Assembly (NCBI RefSeq): GCF_001194135.2
Contig: NC_068983.1
Span: forward strand, 67,017,245 to 67,081,244
Reading direction: 5' to 3'
DNA: 64,000 nt
Source of the DNA: Octopus bimaculoides
Taxonomy: Eukaryota
Positions within the stretch are counted from its first letter, which is position 1; every line of letters begins with the position of its first letter. The notes beneath the pieces were generated by a model. The model was not told where the DNA came from and made no database searches. It was given only the letters and a program-made list of their open reading frames with translations. Shown piece after piece: positions 54,345-64,000 of the stretch. A program made the translations under genes and the position numbers.

Positions 54345-55275
54345 AATATCAACTTCCTAGATGTTACCCTCTACCTGGAATCAAACATCTGTAAACCATA
54401 CAAGAAAAATAATGAAAAAATTCAGTGAATACCTCAACAATCCAACTACTCCAAAAGCATTATCAAAACCCCAGTAAAACATATATCTCTCAGACTTTCC
54501 TCTTCAAATGAAAAATATACTAAATGAAATAGTAACTCCATATAATGAAGCCCTCAATAATAGCAGGTACAAGGAAAAATTGCAATATATAAATGGTAAT
54601 GTTCCCACAGTAAATAAAATACATAAGAATAGATAAAGATAAATTATCTGGTATTATCCTCCCTTCAGCATACAATTCTCCACACTAATAGCTAAATTAT
54701 TTTTCAAAATAATGCAGAAACACTTCCACTCCAACAACAAGTATTACAAACTAAAAACAAACATTATGTAAAATTGTCATACTCCGCTATCAACAACTTG
54801 TAAAAACTCCAGCCACCAAAAATTGTCTAAAATTGAAAACCTAAACCACTTAATAACAATTGTTATTGTAGAACACCTTCACCCTCCTTCTAGAAGGAAA
54901 CTGTCTCTTAAGGAATATCATATATAGCACATGAGTAACCGCAAATGTAATGCCAACTATTATATCTACACACATATACTCTATAACGTACAAGTTCAAG
55001 ACATGGTGCTGCCAACACTCATACACTTTACACTTCTAAAACAGGAAAATGCTATGTCACTATCCAAATATATATGGCAATTAAAATCTTTAAAAATTCT
55101 TTTTAGCATCACGTAGAAATTACTCTCACATGCACAACCATACCAAAGTCGTAAAAAATTCTGTCAACTTCGTACAAATGAATCCTACTACATTTTAACA
55201 ATTATGGACCAAATCCTGAACCAAAAGTCCGAAATAGTCTCTTCATGCAAGCACAAAATCTTAAAAACACTAAAA
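54345..55275 (+). mobile_element. Penelope-like element: RT C-terminus, linker and GIY-YIG region, degenerate
   Basis: NINFLDVTLYL..CKPYKK...PYNEALNNSRYKEKLQY...IIWYYPPFS...VKLSYS...LEGNCLLRNIIY...SLSKYIWQLK...QPYQ...FCQL...LNQKSEIVSSCKHK. Confidence 0.9.
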
Positions 55276-55848
55276 CACTTCAAACCAATAATCTTTTCTA
55301 TTTGCTAGACTTGTTAATATCTCACCAACTCCCCTTTATCCACCTACACTTTAAACCATCTCCATAATATAAAATTTTACACTAAATGAGTACTCTAGAA
55401 ATTATCTAAAAGTCTTGCTATCTCCAACTAAAATCCCCATAAAAAATTTTCTAATATAACTATGCAAACCGACATACACACATAAAATATATTCTTGTAT
55501 GCAAGCAAACTGAAAGAACCCTTTTATCTTCTTTTAGTTAAAGTGTATCATATTTTTGTTCCCATTTTTATACATGAATGTATACACTTCAGCATTTTTC
55601 TACAGCAGAATTTGAAGAAATTTTATAAATGAACACCAAAAAGATTCTACATCCAGAAAACAGGAAATTTAAAATCCCTATATACTTATCATATTGCTTA
55701 TAATGAACACCTAGAAAGAAGCATATAGACATACAACCTTTACTCAGATCCTTTTGTGAACATCAAAGCATGACAGAAACAATTTTGTATACTGACAAAG
55801 CTANNNNNNNNNNNNNNNNNNNNNNNNNNNNNNNNNNNNNNNNNNNNN

Positions 55849-55963
55849 GATAGGATGAAAGGCAAAATTGACCTTGGCAGAATTCAAACTCAGAACCTAA
55901 CAGCAGACGAAATACCGCTAAGCATTTTGCCTGCCGTGAACGATTCTACCAGCTCACCACCTT
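55849..55963 (-). mobile_element. tRNA-derived SINE head (37256 family), runs into a gap
   Basis: ggatgaaaggcaaaattgaccttggcagaattcaaactcagaac...agctcaccacctt. Confidence 0.88.
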
Positions 55964-56421
55964 AATATAATATAATGAATGTGAATGTCAGTGTGTCACA
56001 CTTTTGAAACTTTACTCCTAGAGGCCATAGCCCAACATATCATACCATTTTGGAATCAGGCTGACTCTGTGAGAAAATTAAAAACATTTTGGGCTGCATC
56101 CAGACCCATAATGCTGAAATTTTGGATTCCTATGTTTTCATTAATGATATTGTTTACAGCTATTTTTTTACATGATTTTTTGCAACGAGTATGATCATCA
56201 TTGGGATATGACTTTCGAGGAAGTAACTGCAACAAATTCTCCAAAACAAATCAGAGATCTGTTTGCAAATCTTCCCATTCAGGGTCAGTTGCTTAAAAGT
56301 CGCCCAATATATATATAAGTGTGTATGTATGTATGTATGTATGTGTTTACATATATGTATATGTATGCATGTATATATGTGTGTCTGTGTCTGTCTAAAT
56401 ATATATATATAATATATATAT

Positions 56422-56734
56422 AAGAAGACCCGGCAAGCCAAGTAAGATCGTTGCCAGTGCCCCTGGACTGGCTCTTGTGCGGGTGGCACATGAGATGCAC
56501 CATTTTGAGCGTGGCCGTTGCCAGTACCGCCTCACTGGCTCCCGTAGGATTTTCGAGTGAGATCGTTGCCAGTGCCCCTGGACTGGCTTGTGCGGGTGGC
56601 ACATAAAAGACACCATATCGAGCGTGGCCGTTTTCGTGCGGGTGACACGTAAAAGCACCCACTACACTCTCTGAGTGGTTGGCGTTAGGAAGGGCATCCA
56701 GCTGTAGAAACTCTGCCAAATTAGATTGGAGCCT
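56422..56734 (+). mobile_element. Young RTE copy: last ORF2 codons plus 3'UTR, cut by a gap
   Basis: Begins aagaagacccggcaagccaagtaa (KKTRQAK*), matching the ORF2 end at about 33301. Nearly identical to 58830-59060. Confidence 0.92.
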
Positions 56735-58239
56735 NNNNNNNNNNNNNNNNNNNNNNNNNNNNNNNNNNNNNNNNNNNNNNNNNNNNNNNNNNNNNNNNNN
56801 NNNNNNNNNNNNNNNNNNNNNNNNNNNNNNNNNNNNNNNNNNNNNNNNNNNNNNNNNNNNNNNNNNNNNNNNNNNNNNNNNNNNNNNNNNNNNNNNNNNN
56901 NNNNNNNNNNNNNNNNNNNNNNNNNNNNNNNNNNNNNNNNNNNNNNNNNNNNNNNNNNNNNNNNNNNNNNNNNNNNNNNNNNNNNNNNNNNNNNNNNNNN
57001 NNNNNNNNNNNNNNNNNNNNNNNNNNNNNNNNNNNNNNNNNNNNNNNNNNNNNNNNNNNNNNNNNNNNNNNNNNNNNNNNNNNNNNNNNNNNNNNNNNNN
57101 NNNNNNNNNNNNNNNNNNNNNNNNNNNNNNNNNNNNNNNNNNNNNNNNNNNNNNNNNNNNNNNNNNNNNNNNNNNNNNNNNNNNNNNNNNNNNNNNNNNN
57201 NNNNNNNNNNNNNNNNNNNNNNNNNNNNNNNNNNNNNNNNNNNNNNNNNNNNNNNNNNNNNNNNNNNNNNNNNNNNNNNNNNNNNNNNNNNNNNNNNNNN
57301 NNNNNNNNNNNNNNNNNNNNNNNNNNNNNNNNNNNNNNNNNNNNNNNNNNNNNNNNNNNNNNNNNNNNNNNNNNNNNNNNNNNNNNNNNNNNNNNNNNNN
57401 NNNNNNNNNNNNNNNNNNNNNNNNNNNNNNNNNNNNNNNNNNNNNNNNNNNNNNNNNNNNNNNNNNNNNNNNNNNNNNNNNNNNNNNNNNNNNNNNNNNN
57501 NNNNNNNNNNNNNNNNNNNNNNNNNNNNNNNNNNNNNNNNNNNNNNNNNNNNNNNNNNNNNNNNNNNNNNNNNNNNNNNNNNNNNNNNNNNNNNNNNNNN
57601 NNNNNNNNNNNNNNNNNNNNNNNNNNNNNNNCTTAACACCTGGAACCATTTCACTCATTATTCATCCTTCATTTATTAATACTGTTCTCTCCTCCCACAC
57701 TTATAATTGATCACACACTCCCAGCTGAGCCATCAAACTACCACTATTCCTCCACCACCATGCAATTCTCATTCTCTTCATGCACCATGTTTTCTCTCCT
57801 TCCCATCATCCCGTAGCCTTCTCAATCATGTTACTTTGCTCTAATCATTCTCCTGTTAACTGTATCATCATTTCTGTTCTGTTTCTCTACTTCACTCTTT
57901 TTCTGCACTGTCAGTCATCTATTTCTCCAACCCACTCTCCTCACCCATTTCTTATCTCCCACTATCATAGACTCTTGCAACTTCCAGGCACCCACATACC
58001 TGATTCCTCTGTTTCCACTTACCTTGTGCCATTAGGGTCTACCCAGACACCTCATCACTATTTTTATCTCTTTCCAGCCCAACCAAATCTTTCCTACTCT
58101 GTTTTCTAAAATATGAGTAGCCTTGAGGCTCTTTCACAGCAGGAAATCTGTTCTACCCAGGGCACTTCTTTCATACTTTAACTCCTTTCCTAGCATAAAG
58201 ACACCCACTCTGAGTCTAGTAGTCTTGGAAGATGTATAG

Positions 58240-58426
58240 TAACCTCATTAGTACTGTTGGCATGACTAAAACGCCTAGTCCACACTATAAAGTTGTTGAC
58301 ATTAAAAGGGGCATCCAGCTACAAAAACCATGCCAAATCAGATACTGGAGCACAATGCAGTCCTTGGACCCATTAGATCCTGCCACCTGCCAACATGAAA
58401 CACAGACGTTAAATAATGATGATGAT
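58240..58426 (+). mobile_element. Degenerate retroposon tail (1030/28085 variant)
   Basis: ggggcatccagctacaaaaaccatgccaaa...cagacgttaaataatgatgatgat. Confidence 0.75.
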
Positions 58427-58720
58427 ATACATGTGTGTTTGTGTGAGTATGTGTGCACTTATGTACATATATATATACTAGAGTACCCAAGCCATCAATG
58501 AATTATGGTGGGTGTTTTACTAAATTTGTGATAATTACATTTTGGTTTGTATGTATGAATATTCGATTTTTCTAGTTGGTGGTCTTGATGAAAATTACTA
58601 ATGAGAGTATGAGGATGTTAATAAAAATGCTAAAATAACAAGAAAATATGAAAATTATATTCATCACACCCTAAATATTCTGCAGGTTTTATTACTTTAA
58701 ATATGTACAATATGTTATGT

Positions 58721-58774
58721 TCATTGATTCACTTGTTATTCTACAATAAATGCTCTACCTAATTTCACAAATGT

Positions 58775-58818
<44 letters not shown>

Positions 58819-59611
58819 CATACATACATATGGCCGTTGCCAGTACCGCCTCACTGGCTCCCGTAGGATTTTCGAGTGAGATCGTTGCCAGTGCCTCTGG
58901 ACTGGTTTGTGCGGGTGGCACATAAAAGACACCATTTCGAGCATGGCCGTTTTCATGCGGGTGACACGTAAAAGCACCCACTACACTCTCTGAGTGGTTG
59001 GCGTTAGGAAGGGCATCCAGCTGTAGAAACTCTGCCAAATTAGATTGGAGCCTGGTGTTGCCATCCGGTTTCACCAGTCCTCAGTCAAATCGTCCAACCC
59101 ATGCTAGCATGGAAAGCGGACGTTAAACGATGATGATGATGATGATGATATTCAAAATATATATGTTTACACACAAGCATAGGATCTTACATACAAGTTA
59201 GATCCTTTTTCTAAAGGTTTTCAAGGCTCAGCAGTTTTAGTTTCTGCAAAAGCTGTACATATACAAAATATTTGACATATTCTTCTGAATTTCACTCTCT
59301 AATTTCAGATTGCTTCCTCTTTTTTGTTTCTCTTGTGTGTTTTGCTTAAATCAACACTTGCATGCAGGTAAAAACTGAATATGTGATACCACTCAGTAAG
59401 TTGAATATAAATGGTAATAGTGAAACAAAGCTTTAGCAGAGACTAAAACTGCTAAGCCTTGAAAACCTTTAGAAAAAGTATCTAACTTGTATGTAAGATC
59501 CTATGCTTGTGTGTAAACATATATGTATATATATATATATATATATACACACATGCAACATTTGTGAAATTAGGTAGAGCATTTATTGTAGAATAACAAG
59601 TGAATCATTGA
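58721..59611. repeat. Large interrupted inverted repeat
   Basis: Outer arms 58721-58776 / 59556-59611 (56 bp, 1 mismatch). Inner arms 59159-59254 / 59429-59524 (96 bp, 4 mismatches). TA runs between outer and inner arms. Spacer about 174 bp. Confidence 0.96.
58830..59149 (+). mobile_element. Young RTE 3'UTR copy inserted in the left arm of the inverted repeat
   Basis: Full tail with (gat)n; absent from the right arm. Confidence 0.94.
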
Positions 59612-59671
59612 ATAATTAATAGTCAAATAAGTGTATATACATGCACATATATATATATCATCATCATTCAT

Positions 59672-59772
59672 AATCATCATTTAACATCTGCTTTCCATGC
59701 TAGAATGGGTTGGGCGATTTGACTGAGGACTGGCGAACCAGATGGCTGCACCAGGCTCCAATCTGATCTGGC
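59672..59772 (-). mobile_element. Short RTE 3' tail copy
   Basis: catcatttaacatctgctttccatgctagaatgggttgg...ggctccaatctgatctggc. Confidence 0.88.
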
Positions 59773-59780
59773 ATATATAT

Positions 59781-60482
59781 ATATGCTAGGTGACTGGTTT
59801 AAATTGATATTAATTGAATTAATATCAATTTGAAAAATATTGAAAAAATCTGAAGATTCAGAAAATTATATTACATACATATAAGAGGGATGACTACTAG
59901 GTGGACACCCAATATGCTAAATGTAGACCCCCATATGGTCTGACCACAAAGAAAAAATTGTTCTCAAGAAAATTTGGCAAACACCAGCATGTAAAGCGAG
60001 CAAGACAAATGAAAAGATACAAAATATGATGATTAGTCACATACCAGATTTCCTTGTTACCATTTACATATGTAAATGTCTGCAAATCATCACTGTAACC
60101 ATCATAGAAAATATAATTTGCAGAAATTTACACAAGAGAGAACATGCATACAGTTCTGTCAATTATATTTGGGGGCATATTTCAACTGTCTTCGTTTTGG
60201 CATGCCAAAGCCAGAAATGACTTTGCAGAAAATAATTTTCTGCATTCAAGACTGCCAATTAGAGAACATGGTTATTTAAATTTAAATAATAAGAGTAAAA
60301 AATTGATATTAATTTGATTAATATCAATTTAAACCAGTTGCCTAGCATATTGAAAAAATCTAAAGATTCAGAAAATTATATTACATACATATAAGATGGA
60401 TTACCACTAGGTGGACACCCAATTTGCTAAATGTAGACCCCATATGGTCTGATTACTAAGAAAAATTGTTCTCAAGAAAATT
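59781..60482. repeat. Combined inverted (51 bp) and direct (about 137 bp) duplication
   Basis: 59781-59831 is inverted at 60300-60350; 59837-59974 is repeated directly at 60347-60482. Confidence 0.9.
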
Positions 60483-60654
60483 CAGCAAAGAAAATTCCTA
60501 CTAACACTCCTGACTGGCAGAGTGACAGGTAGCAAAACCAAGTATTTAAGTTTACAAGCTGTGCTATGTCTCAGTATGTCATTATATGTATTTATATGCA
60601 TGAGAATAGCTGCATAAATTTGTATGTTATTAGATTTATTTGTATATGTTATAT

Positions 60655-60870
60655 ACTCTTTTACTCTTTTACTTGTTTTAGTCATTTGACTGCGGCCATG
60701 CTGGAGCACCGCCTTTAGTTGAGCAAATCGACCCCAGAACTTATTCTTTGTAAGCCTAGTACTTATTCTATCGGTCTCTTTTGCCGAACCGCTAAGTTAC
60801 GGGGACGTAAACACACCAGCATCGGTTGTCAAGCAATGTCGGGGGGACAAACAGAGACACACAAACATAC
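60655..60870 (-). mobile_element. Young SINE-like repeat abutting (CA)n
   Basis: tactcttttacttgttttagtcatttgactgcggccatgctggagcaccgcc...ccgctaagttacggggacgtaaacac. CpG-rich. Older copy at 45085. Confidence 0.88.
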
Positions 60871-62652
60871 ACACACAAACATACACACACAAACATACAC
60901 ACACACACATATATATATACATATATACGNNNNNNNNNNNNNNNNNNNNNNNNNNNNNNNNNNNNNNNNNNNNNNNNNNNNNNNNNNNNNNNNNNNNNNN
61001 NNNNNNNNNNNNNNNNNNNNNNNNNNNNNNNNNNNNNNNNNNNNNNNNNNNNNNNNNNNNNNNNNNNNNNNNNNNNNNNNNNNNNNNNNNNNNNNNNNNN
61101 NNNNNNNNNNNNNNNNNNNNNNNNNNNNNNNNNNNNNNNNNNNNNNNNNNNNNNNNNNNNNNNNNNNNNNNNNNNNNNNNNNNNNNNNNNNNNNNNNNNN
61201 NNNNNNNNNNNNNNNNNNNNNNNNNNNNNNNNNNNNNNNNNNNNNNNNNNNNNNNNNNNNNNNNNNNNNNNNNNNNNNNNNNNNNNNNNNNNNNNNNNNN
61301 NNNNNNNNNNNNNNNNNNNNNNNNNNNNNNNNNNNNNNNNNNNNNNNNNNNNNNNNNNNNNNNNNNNNNNNNNNNNNNNNNNNNNNNNNNNNNNNNNNNN
61401 NNNNNNNNNNNNNNNNNNNNNNNNNNNNNNNNNNNNNNNNNNNNNNNNNNNNNNNNNNNNNNNNNNNNNNNNNNNNNNNNNNNNNNNNNNNNNNNNNNNN
61501 NNNNNNNNNNNNNNNNNNNNNNNNNNNNNNNNNNNNNNNNNNNNNNNNNNNNNNNNNNNNNNNNNNNNNNNNNNNNNNNNNNNNNNNNNNNNNNNNNNNN
61601 NNNNNNNNNNNNNNNNNNNNNNNNNNNNNNNNNNNNNNNNNNNNNNNNNNNNNNNNNNNNNNNNNNNNNNNNNNNNNNNNNNNNNNNNNNNNNNNNNNNN
61701 NNNNNNNNNNNNNNNNNNNNNNNNNNNNNNNNNNNNNNNNNNNNNNNNNNNNNNNNNNNNNNNNNNNNNNNNNNNNNNNNNNNNNNNNNNNNNNNNNNNN
61801 NNNNNNNNNNNNNNNNNNNNNNNNNNNNNNNNNNNNNNNNNNNNNNNNNNNNNNNNNNNNNNNNNNNNNNNNNNNNNNNNNNNNNNNACTATTTCTGTAG
61901 ATTAGTATTTCATTGGCATCTATAGTCTTCCATTGGTTAAGAAAAGCTCTAGTAATATGAATAGAGTAGTAGAGTAACATATCTTTAAATTCACTCACAC
62001 ACATGTAAATTATCAAGATGCATGACAGCTTTAAGTTAATAATGAAAATTCATTTACCATTAACTTCTGAAGATGGATGCTTATTTTATTCATATTTGAT
62101 ATCACATTTGGTTATCAATAATCTAATCATTGGTCCATTGCATCTCTGATGATGAGAATGACAGACAATTACCAGTGCAACTTTGGTATAACAAATGTCA
62201 CACAGGGTATATATATCCAAAAGCACCAAAGTCTTGGTTCTTCAAGATGTCTACATCTGTTACTAATTTTGCATGAGCAACACACACGTACACACACCAT
62301 GGGCTTCTTCAGATTCCTACAATCAATTTCACTCCAAGGTGCTGATCAAGAACACTCGCTAATAGCATACATACTGTGGGACCAAACACTCAATCTTGTA
62401 GTTCCAAAGTGAACTTTTTACCCACACAGTCGTCCTTGTATACACACATGTATGCATATGTGAGCATGCATGCATGCAAGTGTGTGTTTGCACTGGATCT
62501 CTATCAATTATATATGCTAATAATATTCATCAGTTGCAACTCTTAACAGAAGTATTGCTGTCCTCATGACAGAGTAGAATTTCAACAATGCACAGACTGG
62601 ATGCTACAAAGTATCTTGTCCTAAAAATGTAACAATTCTGCCCATCCATTAC

Positions 62653-62691
<39 letters not shown>

Positions 62692-63151
62692 NNNNNNNNN
62701 NNNNNNNNNNNNNNNNNNNNNNNNNNNNNNNNNNNNNNNNNNNNNNNNNNNNNNNNNNNNNNNNNNNNNNNNNNNNNNNNNNNNNNNNNNNNNNNNNNNN
62801 NNNNNNNNNNNNNNNNNNNNNNNNNNNNNNNNNNNNNNNNNNNNNNNNNNNNNNNNNNNNNNNNNNNNNNNNNNNNNNNNNNNNNNNNNNNNNNNNNNNN
62901 NNNNNNNNNNNNNNNNNNNNNNNNNNNNNNNNNNNNNNNNNNNNNNNNNNNNNNNNNNNNNNNNNNNNNNNNNNNNNNNNNNNNNNNNNNNNNNNNNNNN
63001 NNNNNNNNNNNNNNNNNNNNNNNNNNNNNNNNNNNNNNNNNNNNNNNNNNNNNNNNNNNNNNNNNNNNNNNNNNNNNNNNNNNNNNNNNNNNNNNNNNNN
63101 NNNNNNNNNNNNNNNNNNNNNNNNNNNNNNNNNNNNNNNNNNNNNNNNNNN

Positions 63152-63198
<47 letters not shown>

Positions 63199-63374
63199 AC
63201 ACACACACACACACACACATGCATGCACGCATGCGCACGTGTAATAATGTGTGCATATATGTGTGTGTGTGTGTGCGTCATACAACAGAGGAATCAGATG
63301 TAGTATAAGAGTGACAACTGTACTGGTTTGATTATGCAAAGCATAAAGATGATAGCTCCATAAAGTGTCAGTCA

Positions 63375-63525
63375 CATACGCTAGATGAAACTTGTTGGAG
63401 AGGGAGACCCAGGGAGATTCAGGATGAAGTAATGAAGGCTAATCTCAAGATGCTGAGCCTCACAGAAATTACAAAAGACCAAGATGACTGGTGATTCACT
63501 GTGCTTGAGAAAACCTGTCCACCAC
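63375..63525 (+). mobile_element. RTE ORF2 extreme C-terminal remnant
   Basis: TCWRGRPREIQDEVMKANLKMLSLTEITKDQDDW*FTVLEKT, parallel to 33181-33310. Confidence 0.75.
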
Positions 63526-64000
63526 AGCAAAAATGGTATCCTAAAAGCATTCTATGTGTGGTAGTAGTCTATTCTCTTCTATTCTCATTTCCCTCACACC
63601 CAGCCCTTTAGCATTCATCTATCTATAGAACGTCTTTGTACTGCATGTAAATTCCTAGCCCTTGGAACCACTTCCATCTTTTATTCCAATTAGCCTCCCT
63701 TCCCCACCCAAACTATCCCCTCATCCCCCATTCACCTGCTTTCTATGCCTTCACTTATCTCTCATCTCTGCCATATACCATTTAACACCATAAATCTGCC
63801 ATCAATGCCTGCCCCTCTACAGCCACCTTTATGTACACCTACATCTCTCTCTTCACCATAACTACACCTTGCACATCATTCCTTACTTTCTGATCAATCT
63901 ATGTGTGTCTGTTTACATGCACATATATGTATATACATCGTTCAGAGATTTATTATATGTGTGTGCAAGTGTATGTGCAGTGTACTTGTATACCTATATT

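Noticed and set aside
55985-56290. Short ORFs on both strands
   Set aside because: No recognisable domain; probably a non-coding repeat fragment.
57640-58110. Pyrimidine-rich tracts (also 22020-22420, 27340-27900, 63580-63900)
   Set aside because: Low-complexity or very old repeat remnants that cannot be assigned; the ORFs in them are compositional.

Overview
AT-rich animal genomic DNA from a gapped short-read scaffold, with about 13 N-runs, most flanked by (TA)n/(CA)n/(GA)n microsatellites. The repeat content resembles an octopod cephalopod such as Octopus; this is an inference from repeat types, not proven. No complete protein-coding gene could be identified. The window is mostly non-coding, CpG-poor DNA filled with transposon relics: a gag/ORF1-like zinc-knuckle ORF at the left edge, a 1.7 kb frame-preserved RTE LINE with a PHD-like insert and its 3'UTR, about ten isolated copies of that 3'UTR, two R4/Dong-like RLE LINE fragments, three Penelope-like fragments (one near a degenerate hammerhead-like motif), Tc1 and mariner transposase remnants, a piggyBac-type MITE, and several SINE families. 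Several long inverted repeats lie at 45.3, 52.8-53.8, 58.7-59.6 and 59.8-60.35 kb; the one at 58.7-59.6 kb loops out a segment rich in splice signals. A relatively CpG-rich zone at about 1.6-4.1 kb carries low-confidence candidate exons on both strands.
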